Virus record (IMG/VR): IMGVR_UViG_3300046167_000876
Reading direction: 5' to 3' (one strand)
Source of the DNA: a virus
DNA: 64,000 nucleotides
Part shown: positions 8,768-18,966 of the stretch, one piece after another
Numbering within the stretch: position 1 is the first letter of the stretch
Layout: each line of letters begins with the position of its first letter
Program-made: the position numbers and the translations under genes
Notes under the pieces: model-generated
Seen by the model: the letters and a program-made list of their open reading frames with translations, nothing else
The model's database searches: none
Told to the model about the DNA's origin: nothing

Positions 8768-9085
8768 ATGATAAAAAAAAGAAAGTCTATTCAGACTATT
8801 ACCGATCCCTTACTAGAACCATTCTTTATTACTAAGGACGAATACAGTTATACTGTAAAACAAAATGTGACATCTGATGCCAATCATTTTAGGGCTAAAG
8901 GTAAAGCAAAAACTTATGAAAAATCCCTATATTATTATGCTAATTTTGAACAGGCTTTACAAAAAATAGCTAAATTACAAGCTGATATTGAAGATTTTGA
9001 TAGTTTAGATGAATATATTAACAATTATACAAAAATAAGTACTAACATTAAAAATTATACAAATGGAATTAGAAGCATTGTTTGA
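8768..9085 (+). CDS. hypothetical protein
   Basis: ORF with typical codon usage, overlapping the groES start. Confidence 0.7.
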   Translation: MIKKRKSIQTITDPLLEPFFITKDEYSYTVKQNVTSDANHFRAKGKAKTYEKSLYYYANFEQALQKIAKLQADIEDFDSLDEYINNYTKISTNIKNYTNGIRSIV

Positions 9086-9374
9086 TGCCGTTATTGTAAA
9101 ACCCCAAGAAGTTGAAGAAACTACTTATGGGTCAATTATTGTGCCTGATTTAGGTAAAGATAGAAATGAGCATGGAACTGTAGTAGCAGTAGGTCCTGGT
9201 AAACCAACTGTAACTGGAACTTTTTTACCAACAACTGTAAAGGTTGGGGATAAAGTAGTTTTACCAACAGTAGGTTTTACTAAATTACAACATTTAGGAG
9301 ATGAATATTATATTGGCCCCGAAAATCAAATTTTAGCAAAAATTAACCAAACAGAGAAAAAAGAAGATGAATAA
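9063..9374 (+). CDS. groES: co-chaperonin GroES
   Basis: LFDAVIVKP, mobile loop EETTYGSIIVPD, GTVVAVGPG, VKVGDKV. Confidence 0.92.
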   Translation: MELEALFDAVIVKPQEVEETTYGSIIVPDLGKDRNEHGTVVAVGPGKPTVTGTFLPTTVKVGDKVVLPTVGFTKLQHLGDEYYIGPENQILAKINQTEKKEDE

Positions 9375-10986
9375 ACAAGTTACATTAGGTTCAAAAGCTA
9401 GAACCAATTTAGTAAAAGGAATTGATACCTTAGCTGATGCTGTAGTATCAACACTAGGACCAAATGGTCGAAATGTAGTAATAGCAAACGAAATGGGAGT
9501 TCCACAATCAACAAAAGATGGAGTTACAGTTGCTAAATCAATTAAACTAAAAGATCCTGAACAAGAATTAGGAGTACAATTAGTAAAACAAGCTGCAATT
9601 AAAACAGCTGAAAAAGCAGGTGATGGTACAACTACATCTACTTTATTAGCTCGTGAAATGGTAAAAGCAGGATTAAATGCTTTAAATAATAATGAAAATG
9701 CAGTCCAAATTAAACGTGATATTGATTCTACAGTTGAAAAAGTAGTTAACAATCTTAGAAACAATATTTCAGAAGATATCTCAGGAGAAGAACAATTAGA
9801 ACAAATTGCAACTATATCAGCAAATAATGATCCAGAAACCGGAAAATTAATTGCTACTGCTATTGACAAAGTAGGAATGGAAGGAGTTGTTCATATAGAA
9901 GAATCCCGAACAGGAGAAACATATTTGGAAACAGTAGAAGGTATGCAATTTGATAGAGGTTATAAATCCCCGTATTTTGTAACTGATAATAATACAATGA
10001 CTGCTACTTTAGATAATCCACTTATATTAATTGCGGATAGTAAAATTACTCAAGTAAAAGAATTATTACCTATTCTTGAAAGTGTTTCTTCACAAGCAAA
10101 ATCATTACTTATTATAGCAGAAGATATTGATCAAGAAGCATTAGCAACTCTTATTGTTAATAAAATGAGAGGTACTATGAAAGTATGTGCTGTAAAAGCC
10201 CCAGATTTTGGTGATAGACGTAAATTAGTTTTAGAAGATATTGCAGTCACAACAGGTGGTGTAGTATTTGATAAACAAAAAGGAATGAAAATGGATAAAT
10301 TTAGTTGGGAATGGTTTGGAGAAGCTAGAACCGCAACTATAGATAAAGAAAAGACAACACTGGTAGATGGAAAAGGAACAATTGAATCAATTGAAACACG
10401 TATTGAAGAACTACAACAACAAATTGACAAAGCAGACTCACCGTTCGAAATCGAAAAACTCCAAGAAAGACTTGCAAAATTTGTCGGAGGAGTAGCAGTT
10501 ATTCATGTAGGTGGAAATACTGAAACTGAAATGAAAGAGAAAAAAGATAGGGTTGATGATGCTTTACATGCAACAAAAGCCGCTATTGAAGAAGGTATAG
10601 TACCTGGTGGTGGAACAGCATTATTATATGCATCATCAGGATTAGAAGCTAAAACAACAGGAGCAGCTATTGTAATAGAAGCTTGTGCTAAACCCTTTAA
10701 TCAAATTTTAGTTAATGCTGGGTTTGATGAAGTTAAGGGGCAAATTTTAGCTGATAATTTAGTTAACTCTGGTAATGATACTTGGGCTGGATTTAATATT
10801 AAAAATGAAAAAACAGTTAATATGAAAGAAGCTGGTATTATCGATCCAACTAAAGTAGCAAGAACTGCATTGCAAAATGCGGCATCTGTTGCTGGTACAG
10901 TATTACTAACAGAATGTACTGTAGTAAATGAAATTACTGAGGAAAATCCTCAACAACAAGTTGATCCATCAATGATGGGTTATTAA
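9367..10986 (+). CDS. groEL: chaperonin GroEL
   Basis: TLGPNGRNV, TKDGVTVAK, AGDGTTT, GMQFDRGY, KAPDFGDRRK, GIVPGGG, GIIDPTKV. Confidence 0.97.
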   Translation: MNKQVTLGSKARTNLVKGIDTLADAVVSTLGPNGRNVVIANEMGVPQSTKDGVTVAKSIKLKDPEQELGVQLVKQAAIKTAEKAGDGTTTSTLLAREMVKAGLNALNNNENAVQIKRDIDSTVEKVVNNLRNNISEDISGEEQLEQIATISANNDPETGKLIATAIDKVGMEGVVHIEESRTGETYLETVEGMQFDRGYKSPYFVTDNNTMTATLDNPLILIADSKITQVKELLPILESVSSQAKSLLIIAEDIDQEALATLIVNKMRGTMKVCAVKAPDFGDRRKLVLEDIAVTTGGVVFDKQKGMKMDKFSWEWFGEARTATIDKEKTTLVDGKGTIESIETRIEELQQQIDKADSPFEIEKLQERLAKFVGGVAVIHVGGNTETEMKEKKDRVDDALHATKAAIEEGIVPGGGTALLYASSGLEAKTTGAAIVIEACAKPFNQILVNAGFDEVKGQILADNLVNSGNDTWAGFNIKNEKTVNMKEAGIIDPTKVARTALQNAASVAGTVLLTECTVVNEITEENPQQQVDPSMMGY

Positions 10987-11004
10987 CCAATAAATAATAA
11001 AAAA

Positions 11005-11172
11005 ATGACAAAACAAGAAATTTTTGAGATTATTGAAACAAATTTCAATATCTTAGCAGCAGAAAACGATGGAACTACTAAGGCAAGTCAAGCACGAGCT
11101 AGAAAAGCAGCCCAAGCTATTAAACGAGTAATCACAGATTATAAAAAAGCATCTGTGGCTGAGTCAAAATAG
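11005..11172 (+). CDS. histone H1-like (Hc1 family) protein, 55 aa, not in ORF track
   Basis: MTKQEIFE...TTKASQARARKAAQAIKRVITDYKKASVAESK resembles the KAA.TRARK...K.FRK.S pattern of Bacteroidota Hc1-like proteins. Confidence 0.7.
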   Translation: MTKQEIFEIIETNFNILAAENDGTTKASQARARKAAQAIKRVITDYKKASVAESK

Positions 11173-11183
11173 TTTCGTATATT

Positions 11184-11453
11184 ATGGCTACAAAGATTGA
11201 AGAAAAAAATATCCTAATCGCTCGGAGAGTTCCTCCGGGCGACAAATGGAGATTAGTTGCAAATGAACCAGATGGTCCTGTACATAAAACTTTAACTGAT
11301 GCCTTAGAAGCATACATGGTCAAAACAGGATTTAAAGGTCACTACAGGTTAGAACCACTTAAAAGTAGTTTATATGCAATTGATTCTAAAGAAACAGAAG
11401 TAATACCAGAACCAGAAAAGAAATATTCAATATATGGCGAATACGGAGAATAG
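11184..11453 (+). CDS. hypothetical protein (ARRVPPGDKW motif)
   Basis: ORF overlapping the clamp loader start. Confidence 0.7.
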   Translation: MATKIEEKNILIARRVPPGDKWRLVANEPDGPVHKTLTDALEAYMVKTGFKGHYRLEPLKSSLYAIDSKETEVIPEPEKKYSIYGEYGE

Positions 11454-12369
11454 TTTATTAGTAGAAAAATATAGACCTAAAACATTAAATAATTATGTTG
11501 GAAATGAAAATATAAAAAAATCTATATCTGCCTATTTAAACCAAAATGATATTCAAAATTTTATATTTTATGGTCCTGCAGGAACTGGTAAAACAACGTT
11601 AGCAAAAATTATTGTTAATAGTCTAGACTGTGATCATCTATATATTAATGCTTCTGATGAACGTGGTATTGAAACCATTAGAGATAAAGTTTCTAGTTTT
11701 GCATCTGTTGCTTCGTTTAAACCACTTAAAGTGGTTATTTTAGATGAAGCAGATTTTCTTACAATTCAAGCTCAAGCATCACTTAGAAATATAATTGAAA
11801 CATTTTCTCGTACTACAAGATTTATTATGACTTGTAATTTTGTAGAACGTATTATTGATCCCCTACAATCTAGATGTCAAGTACTTAAAATTGTACCTCC
11901 AACCAAAAAAGATGTTGCTAAACATTTAAATTGGATTTGTAATGAAGAATCAATTACACATGAAATAAATGATTTAGTACCTCTAGTTAATCAATATTAT
12001 CCCGATTTACGTAAGTGTATTAATACTATACAATTATCAACTGTAGATGGTGGGGCAAATGATTTATATCTTAGGTTAGATCAATCCATACTAGTATCAT
12101 CTAATTATATAGACAAGGTTATTACTGAATTATCTAAAGGTAATAAAGTATCATCATTTAATACCATACGTCAAATTATAGCAGATGCTAATGTAGATGA
12201 CTTTGATGAGTTATTTAGAGCACTTTATGATCGTTCATCTGAATATTATAAAGATAAAGAAGGCACAGCAACACTAGCAATAAACGAACACCAATATAAA
12301 GCAAATTTCCGTATTGACAAGGAAATAAATATAATGTCATTAATTCAAACTTTAATAAAATATAAATAA
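11434..12369 (+). CDS. clamp loader AAA+ subunit (T4 gp44/RFC-like)
   Basis: VEKYRPK, GPAGTGKTT, INASDERGIETIR, ILDEAD, LQSRC, PDLRKCIN. Confidence 0.93.
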   Translation: MANTENSLLVEKYRPKTLNNYVGNENIKKSISAYLNQNDIQNFIFYGPAGTGKTTLAKIIVNSLDCDHLYINASDERGIETIRDKVSSFASVASFKPLKVVILDEADFLTIQAQASLRNIIETFSRTTRFIMTCNFVERIIDPLQSRCQVLKIVPPTKKDVAKHLNWICNEESITHEINDLVPLVNQYYPDLRKCINTIQLSTVDGGANDLYLRLDQSILVSSNYIDKVITELSKGNKVSSFNTIRQIIADANVDDFDELFRALYDRSSEYYKDKEGTATLAINEHQYKANFRIDKEINIMSLIQTLIKYK

Positions 12370-12376
12370 TTAAACT

Positions 12377-12619
12377 ATGGAACAACCAGTTCAACAACCC
12401 AAAATCGATTTATCCAACACTACTGCATTAAAAAACTTTGATGGAGGGGATACATTTACTCAACAATTTATCATTCGTAAAGTTTCTAGATTTGTAACAG
12501 GTACTGATGAAGATGCTATGATGCCTATTCCAGTATTTGTATGTACAGAATCAGGTAAAATTGTAGGAGAAGGATTACCTCCTGAATTAAGAGAAGAATA
12601 TAAAGATCAACTTCTTTAA
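12377..12619 (+). CDS. hypothetical protein
   Basis: ORF between the two clamp loader subunits. Confidence 0.7.
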   Translation: MEQPVQQPKIDLSNTTALKNFDGGDTFTQQFIIRKVSRFVTGTDEDAMMPIPVFVCTESGKIVGEGLPPELREEYKDQLL

Positions 12620-13032
12620 TGAAAAATATTTTTGATTGGTTAAAAGCAATTAATAATACCAAACCCCCAGCTGAGTCTTTTACAGACAAAGATTGGGAGG
12701 TTTGGAACAGTTATATGATACATAGATTTTTATCTATGAATCCTGATTATTTAGAAATTGTAAATTATGTTCAAGATTTTCCCCCGCAGGAAAAAAGAAT
12801 GATTTATAATATTTATAGAGAATTTATTCCAAAAAATAATAAATGGAGTAAATATATTAAATCTAAAGTAAAACAACCAAATAAAGATTTAATTATTAAT
12901 ATTAAAAATTATTTCCAATGTTCATCAAAAGAAGCAAAAGAATATATAAATATATTGGATTCTACAGACGTAGGTCGTATATTATCTAGTATAGGATTAG
13001 AAAAAAAAGAAATTAAACAATTATTAAAATGA
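12619..13032 (+). CDS. clamp loader small subunit (T4 gp62-like)
   Basis: IFDWLKAIN..K, YMIHRFLS, IKNYFQCSSKEAKEY pattern. Confidence 0.75.
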   Translation: MKNIFDWLKAINNTKPPAESFTDKDWEVWNSYMIHRFLSMNPDYLEIVNYVQDFPPQEKRMIYNIYREFIPKNNKWSKYIKSKVKQPNKDLIINIKNYFQCSSKEAKEYINILDSTDVGRILSSIGLEKKEIKQLLK

Positions 13033-13259
13033 CAAAAGAATTATATAATATGTTAAAAACATCTGCTGAGGCAGATAAAGCTAAAGCATTATTATCACTT
13101 GAATTACTTGGTAATAAAGCAGTAGGAATTGGAGATCACTCTACAGAAGATTTTTATAAAAATGCTGAAGAAGCACTTATAAATCTAGTTGATGCTGATG
13201 ATAGATTAGCAGCACTAAATACTTATTTTCTAGATAGTAAAGAACAAATCAATGGGTGA
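13029..13259 (+). CDS. hypothetical protein (AVGIGDH motif)
   Basis: Coupled ORF; small conserved phage-type protein. Confidence 0.7.
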   Translation: MTKELYNMLKTSAEADKAKALLSLELLGNKAVGIGDHSTEDFYKNAEEALINLVDADDRLAALNTYFLDSKEQING

Positions 13260-13731
13260 TTCAGTTAAAAAATACATGGAGAGTTTAGAAAATAAAATTA
13301 ATAGCGGGGGACATTTTGCTTCCAACGCCATCCAATTATCAAAATTTATGAGTGATAGAGAAATTATGAATGCTAAAAACGGGGTATCAACAAAATTAAG
13401 TGTACAAGTATTCGAAAAAGAATACCCTGAATTATCTAAGGAATTTAAAAAAATCCAAAAAGAAATGTATGAAATGTTTGCCCGTAAACATATGGATTAT
13501 GGTTTAAATAACATTGCTTTAGGTGGAGATATCGTTAATAACAGCGATGATAAACAATTTTCATTAACTGGGTTATGTATTAGATTAACTGACAAAATAT
13601 CACGTTTAAAAAATTTACTAATTAATGGTAGATCATTTGTTGAAGGTGAAGGTATGCAAGATACATTTATAGATATTGCTAATTATGGAATAATCGGTCT
13701 TTTAGTAGGTCGAGATAAATGGAAAAAATAG
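13252..13731 (+). CDS. DUF1599 / nucleotide-modification-associated domain protein (MazG-like fold)
   Basis: KHMDYG...IRLTDKISRLKNL...EGMQDTFIDIANYGII. Confidence 0.75.
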   Translation: MGDSVKKYMESLENKINSGGHFASNAIQLSKFMSDREIMNAKNGVSTKLSVQVFEKEYPELSKEFKKIQKEMYEMFARKHMDYGLNNIALGGDIVNNSDDKQFSLTGLCIRLTDKISRLKNLLINGRSFVEGEGMQDTFIDIANYGIIGLLVGRDKWKK

Positions 13732-13732
13732 T

Positions 13733-14707
13733 TTGGCTAAAAAACTTCCAAAAATAGTAAAAGAGATTAGAAATAATCCCCCACCACCTATTAATTATGC
13801 ATATCAAAAGAATATATCATATTCTCAGATGTCTATATTTAGAGGATGTCCTCATAGATGGAAACTTCAGTATAAAGATAAAATTAAACGATTTACATCT
13901 TCTATCCATACTGTATTTGGAACTGCTATGCATGAATCAATGCAATATTATCTAGATTATGCTTATGAAAAATCATTTGCTGCTGCTGATAGAGATATTG
14001 ATTTAAAAGAAGATTTTCAAGGTCGATATATAAGTGAATATCAAGTACAATATAGAAAGAATAATGATTCTCATTTTTCTGATGCCGTTGAAATGAGAGA
14101 ATTTTTTGAAGATGGGGTAGCTATTTTAGAATGGTTTAAGAAAAAGCGTAATAGATATTTTAGTAAAAAGGGTACATATTTAGTTGGATGTGAAATACCA
14201 ATTGTAGTAGCACCAAATAAAATGTTAAATAACGTATTATATGTGGGGTATCTTGATGTTGTAACATATTGTGAAACAACAGATACATTTAAAATAATCG
14301 ATATAAAAACAAGTACTAATGGGTGGAATGATTATTCTAAAAAAGATGAAAATAAACAATTCCAACTATTACTCTATAAACAATACTTTTCAGAACAATA
14401 TAATATACCTTTAAATAAAATTGAAATTGAGTTTTTTATTCTTAAAAGAAAGGTATTAGATCCTAATGATGAAAAGCTTATGTCACCTTATCAAGCTTAT
14501 AGGGTACAACAATTTGCACCACCAAGTGGTAAAATTAAACTATCAAGAGCAAAAAATGCTATTAATGATTTTATTAATGAATGTTTTAATTCAAGTGGTA
14601 AAATAAAAGAAGCAGATTATCCAAAATCTCCTTCTAAATGGAATTGTAATTTTTGTCCTTATGGAGAAGATAAAGAATTATGTGGAGCTAAACAACATTT
14701 TTCGTAG
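13733..14707 (+). CDS. PD-(D/E)XK exonuclease (RecB/Cas4-like, Fe-S cysteines)
   Basis: SYSQ..CP, FGTAMHE, GYLD, IIDIKT, QLLLY, CNFCPY...C; TTG start. Confidence 0.85.
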   Translation: MAKKLPKIVKEIRNNPPPPINYAYQKNISYSQMSIFRGCPHRWKLQYKDKIKRFTSSIHTVFGTAMHESMQYYLDYAYEKSFAAADRDIDLKEDFQGRYISEYQVQYRKNNDSHFSDAVEMREFFEDGVAILEWFKKKRNRYFSKKGTYLVGCEIPIVVAPNKMLNNVLYVGYLDVVTYCETTDTFKIIDIKTSTNGWNDYSKKDENKQFQLLLYKQYFSEQYNIPLNKIEIEFFILKRKVLDPNDEKLMSPYQAYRVQQFAPPSGKIKLSRAKNAINDFINECFNSSGKIKEADYPKSPSKWNCNFCPYGEDKELCGAKQHFS

Positions 14708-14755
14708 GTTTCCACATACGTATATATATAAATAATGTTTTAATAAATAAAGACT

Positions 14756-14956
14756 ATGAGTTCAACAAAAAACCAAACACTAACTAGTGTTAAAGTCCAA
14801 ACCCCTTTATTTGAGGAATTTAAAATTGAATGTGTAAAGCGTAAATTTTCATTTCAAAAACTTGCTGATCGTGCTTTGTTTTTGTATCTTACAGATGAAG
14901 ATTTTCGTAAAAAAATTACAAATCAAATTAACCTCCAAATAAAAAAGAATGGATAG
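14756..14956 (+). CDS. small DNA-binding protein (ribbon-helix-helix-like)
   Basis: LTSVKV strand followed by two helices; heads the glycosylation operon. Confidence 0.55.
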   Translation: MSSTKNQTLTSVKVQTPLFEEFKIECVKRKFSFQKLADRALFLYLTDEDFRKKITNQINLQIKKNG

Positions 14957-16397
14957 AAAATTTAGTTATATTCCCAAAGATAAACGTAAAAAAATACTTT
15001 TAATTTGTGATGATATCAGAGTACATTCAGGTGTTGCTACTGTTGCTAAAGAAATTGTAGTACATACTGCAAATCATTTTAATTGGTGTCAAATAGCAGG
15101 TGCTATTAGACATCCTGAAAAAGGAAAACAACTAGATCTATCAGATGAAACTAATAAAGTAGCAAAAATTGAAGATTCTTATGTAAAATTATTCCCTGTA
15201 GATGGTTATGGTAATGAACAGATTTTAAGAGAAATTTTAAAATTTGAAAAACCAGATGCCGTAATGTTGTTTACAGATCCAAGATATTTTGAGTTTGTTT
15301 TTAGAATGGAGGCTGAAATTAGAAAAATTTGTCCTATTATGTATCTTAATATTTGGGATGATTTACCTGCTCCTATGTATAACAGTGCTTACTATGAAGC
15401 TTGTGATTTATTAATGGGAATTTCAAAACAAACTGTAAATATTAATAAGTTAGTTTTAAAAGGAAAAGAAAAAAATAGACTATTTAAATATTTACCTCAT
15501 GGTAAAAATGAAAATATCTATTACCCTTTAACACAAGAAGAAAAATCATCAAAAGATTTTATTAACTTTAAAAAAAGTATATTTAAAAATAAAAACCCTA
15601 AATTTGTTGGTTTCTTTAACTCTAGGAATATTAGAAGAAAACAAATCCCTGATACTTTATTAGCTTTTAGAGAATTTTTATATTCATTACCTAAAGAAGA
15701 AGCTAAAGAATGTTTTCTAATATTACATACAGAAGCAGTAACTGATCATGGTACAGATCTATATAAAGTAAGAGAATATTTATTTGGAGAAGATTTTGAA
15801 GATCAAATTATATTTTCCCACCAAAAATATGATGATAGAATATTAAATTGGTTATATAATATAGCTGATGTACAACTATTAATTACATCAAATGAAGGAT
15901 GGGGATTAACAATTACTGAGGCTATTTTAGCAGGTACTCCTATTATAGCTAATACTACAGGTGGGATGCAAGATCAAATGAGATTTGTAGATAATGAAGG
16001 TAAATGGTTTGAACCGGATGAGAATGTGCCTTCTAATCATAGGGGTACATATAAAGAACATGGTGAATGGGCATTTCCAGTTTATCCAACTTCAAATTCA
16101 ATACAAGGTTCTCCTCCTACTCCTTACATTTATGATGATAGATGTTCATGGGAAGATGTTAGTAAAAGATTAAAAGAAGTATATCTTATGAATAAAGAGG
16201 AACTTCAATCTAGAGGGTTAAAAGGTAGAGAATGGGCTATAAGTAATGAAGCTGGTTTTACATCAAAACACCAGGCTGAAAGATTTGTAGAATATGTAAA
16301 TGAACTATTTGATACTTGGGAACCAAGAGAAAAATATGAAATAGTAAATGCAAATGAATATAAAGGAAAATTTTTAAACCATAAAATAATTTATTAA
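14949..16397 (+). CDS. glycosyltransferase, GT-B fold (GT4-like)
   Basis: RNIRRKQ, EGWGLTITEAILAGTPII (EX7E). Confidence 0.88.
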   Translation: MDRKFSYIPKDKRKKILLICDDIRVHSGVATVAKEIVVHTANHFNWCQIAGAIRHPEKGKQLDLSDETNKVAKIEDSYVKLFPVDGYGNEQILREILKFEKPDAVMLFTDPRYFEFVFRMEAEIRKICPIMYLNIWDDLPAPMYNSAYYEACDLLMGISKQTVNINKLVLKGKEKNRLFKYLPHGKNENIYYPLTQEEKSSKDFINFKKSIFKNKNPKFVGFFNSRNIRRKQIPDTLLAFREFLYSLPKEEAKECFLILHTEAVTDHGTDLYKVREYLFGEDFEDQIIFSHQKYDDRILNWLYNIADVQLLITSNEGWGLTITEAILAGTPIIANTTGGMQDQMRFVDNEGKWFEPDENVPSNHRGTYKEHGEWAFPVYPTSNSIQGSPPTPYIYDDRCSWEDVSKRLKEVYLMNKEELQSRGLKGREWAISNEAGFTSKHQAERFVEYVNELFDTWEPREKYEIVNANEYKGKFLNHKIIY

Positions 16398-17671
16398 TGA
16401 GTAAAACAAGTTTTGTAATAAGTTGCCCATTTGACACTTATAGTGGATATGGAGCTAGATCAAGAGATATAGTTAAAGCTATAATACAATCTGGAAAATA
16501 TGATGTAATGTTATTACCCCAGAGATGGGGATCAACTTCTTGGGGTTTTTGTGATGCACACCCTGAATGGAAGTTTTTAAATGATTTAAAAATTAATAGA
16601 TTAACTAAACGTCCTGATATTTGGATGCAAATTACAATACCTAATGAATTTCAACCAGTTGGGAGATATAATATTGGATGTACCGCAGGTATTGAAGCTG
16701 ATAAATGCAAACCAGAATGGATTGCTGGTTTAAATAAAATGGATAGGAATTTTGTGTCTTCTAAATTCACAAAAAAGATGTTTGAAGAACAAATATTTGA
16801 TCAAAAAGATAAAAAAACAAACCAAGTTATAGGAAGTATTAAATTAGAAAAACCTATAGATGTTGTATTTGAAGGTGTAGATTTAGATACATATAAACCT
16901 CTAAAAAGTACTGAATTAACTACTTTTGATTTTAGTAAAATTAAAGAATCATTTTGTTATTTATTTGTAGGACATTGGATGAAAGCAGATTTTGGTCATG
17001 ATAGAAAAAATGTTAGTTTATTAGTAAAAGCATTTTATGAAACATTTAAAAATAAAAAGAAAAAACCTGCTTTAATATTAAAATCATCTACTGGAGTAGC
17101 AGGATATATGAGTAGAGATGAAATTTTAGATAAAATTAACAAAATTAAAAAATCAGTAGATTCTAAAATTTTACCTAATATTTATGTTTTAAATGGAGAA
17201 TTTAGTGATTCTGAAATGAATGAATTATATAACCATCCTAAAGTAAAAGCAATGGTTAGTTTAACTAAAGGAGAAGGGTTTGGTAGACCATTACTAGAAT
17301 TTACTACAACAGGTAAACCTGTAATAGCTTCAGGTTGGTCTGGTCATACAGATTTTTTACATAATCAATTTTCAGTTTTAATACCTGGAGAATTAGAACC
17401 TGTACACGCCTCTGCTGCTAATAATTGGTTAATTACTGAAGCTAAATGGTTTAAACCTGATACTAGATATGTTGGAGGTTCTTTTAAAAATGTATTTGAG
17501 AAATATAAAGATTTTAGAACAAAAAGTAAAAGACAAAAATATTATACACAACAAAATTATAGTTGGAAACATATGGAAAAATTAGTTAATGAAATTTTAG
17601 ATAATAATCTTCCAGAGTTTCCTAAAGAAATGGAGCTAAAACTCCCAGAATTAAATATACCAAAATTATGA
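16397..17671 (+). CDS. glycosyltransferase, GT-B fold (GT4-like)
   Basis: SGYG, DRKN, GEGFGRPLLE...GKPVIASGWSGHTDF. Confidence 0.88.
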   Translation: MSKTSFVISCPFDTYSGYGARSRDIVKAIIQSGKYDVMLLPQRWGSTSWGFCDAHPEWKFLNDLKINRLTKRPDIWMQITIPNEFQPVGRYNIGCTAGIEADKCKPEWIAGLNKMDRNFVSSKFTKKMFEEQIFDQKDKKTNQVIGSIKLEKPIDVVFEGVDLDTYKPLKSTELTTFDFSKIKESFCYLFVGHWMKADFGHDRKNVSLLVKAFYETFKNKKKKPALILKSSTGVAGYMSRDEILDKINKIKKSVDSKILPNIYVLNGEFSDSEMNELYNHPKVKAMVSLTKGEGFGRPLLEFTTTGKPVIASGWSGHTDFLHNQFSVLIPGELEPVHASAANNWLITEAKWFKPDTRYVGGSFKNVFEKYKDFRTKSKRQKYYTQQNYSWKHMEKLVNEILDNNLPEFPKEMELKLPELNIPKL

Positions 17672-18111
17672 AACATGACTCACTAAAAATATGCACCAGA
17701 TGTGGTTCAGATGCTTGTTATACCCAAGAAGTAACTAAAGATATTAATATAGAAATGTGTTATGGATGTGGTTTTCAAAGTAACAGTATAATTAAAAAAG
17801 GAAATGAATTCTTTAATCAACAATTTGAAAATCTTCCAGAATTATATAAAGAATTAATGGATGAAGAAGAAGAAACAGGTAAAATATGGATGCCCACTAT
17901 TATTAACTTAAAAGATAAGGGTATGGTTTTTGCTGATGGAACTGGAAGAAATAATTGGAGATGGGCTGCAGTCAAAGCAGTAGAAATACCTAAGGAAGAA
18001 CAAGAAAAATTTAAAGGAGAAAAACATAAAGCTGATATGTCTACTATAAAACATTTTGTAGAACGTGAATTTATAGAAGCACTTTCATATATTGGCGTAT
18101 TACCAGAATAA
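17668..18111 (+). CDS. hypothetical protein with N-terminal Zn ribbon
   Basis: CTRC...CYGC. Confidence 0.65.
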   Translation: MKHDSLKICTRCGSDACYTQEVTKDINIEMCYGCGFQSNSIIKKGNEFFNQQFENLPELYKELMDEEEETGKIWMPTIINLKDKGMVFADGTGRNNWRWAAVKAVEIPKEEQEKFKGEKHKADMSTIKHFVEREFIEALSYIGVLPE

Positions 18112-18966
18112 ATGAAAATATTAGTTACAGGTGGAGTTGGATTTGTAGGAACAGCTCTAATTAAAAAATTGTTAACCGAGGGACATAATGTTCACTCATT
18201 AGATAATTATGAAATTGGTGTTATTGAAAATGAAATAGCTGGTTGTAATTATCATATTGGGGATATAGAAAATATAAGTTTAATGGATAAAGATTTTGAT
18301 CTAATATTTCATTTAGCTGCTCTATCTAGAATACAACCTTCATTTAATAATCCAAATGAAACCTACAGAGTTAATACAATTGGAACACAAAGGGTATGTG
18401 AATTTGCTAGATTAACGGGAGCTAAAGTTGTATATGCTGGTTCCTCTTCTAGATGGCATGATCCATATCAATCACCTTATGCTGCGTGTAAACACATGGG
18501 AGAAGAAGCATGTAAAATGTATAAAAAAACCTATGGTATGAATATTGAAATAGTTAGGTTTTATAATGTTTATGGTCCTGGTGAAATAGTAGATGGAGAT
18601 TGGGCTGCGGTTATAGGAAAATGGAGACGTCAAGTTAGAGATGGAGAACCAATAACCATTGTAGGTAATGGTGAACAAAGAAGAGATTTTACCTATATAG
18701 ATGACATTATAGATGGACTATGGAAAATTGGAATGAAGGAATTAACACATGAAGATGCCTGGGAATTAGGAACGGGTATGAATTATTCTATTAATGATGT
18801 TTATTTAATGTTTAAGGAAAGATTTGGAGTTGATTTTATTAACTTACCAGACCAATCAGGCAATTATAGAGCTACTTTAAGAGAAAATGATGATAGTTTA
18901 GATAAATTAAATTGGAAACCTTCAGATAAATTAAGAGATTATATCTTAAGTTTAAACAAAAATTAA
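18112..18966 (+). CDS. NAD-dependent nucleotide-sugar epimerase/dehydratase (extended SDR)
   Basis: TGGVGFVG, HLAA, YAACK (YxxxK), RFYNVYGP, QRRDFTY. Confidence 0.92.
   Translation: MKILVTGGVGFVGTALIKKLLTEGHNVHSLDNYEIGVIENEIAGCNYHIGDIENISLMDKDFDLIFHLAALSRIQPSFNNPNETYRVNTIGTQRVCEFARLTGAKVVYAGSSSRWHDPYQSPYAACKHMGEEACKMYKKTYGMNIEIVRFYNVYGPGEIVDGDWAAVIGKWRRQVRDGEPITIVGNGEQRRDFTYIDDIIDGLWKIGMKELTHEDAWELGTGMNYSINDVYLMFKERFGVDFINLPDQSGNYRATLRENDDSLDKLNWKPSDKLRDYILSLNKN

Noticed and set aside
8186-9062. CIRCE/HrcA operator upstream of chaperone genes
   Set aside because: No TTAGCACTC-N9-GAGTGCTAA found
9333-10430. Minus-strand ORFs 9333..9869 and 10131..10430
   Set aside because: Antisense shadows of groEL
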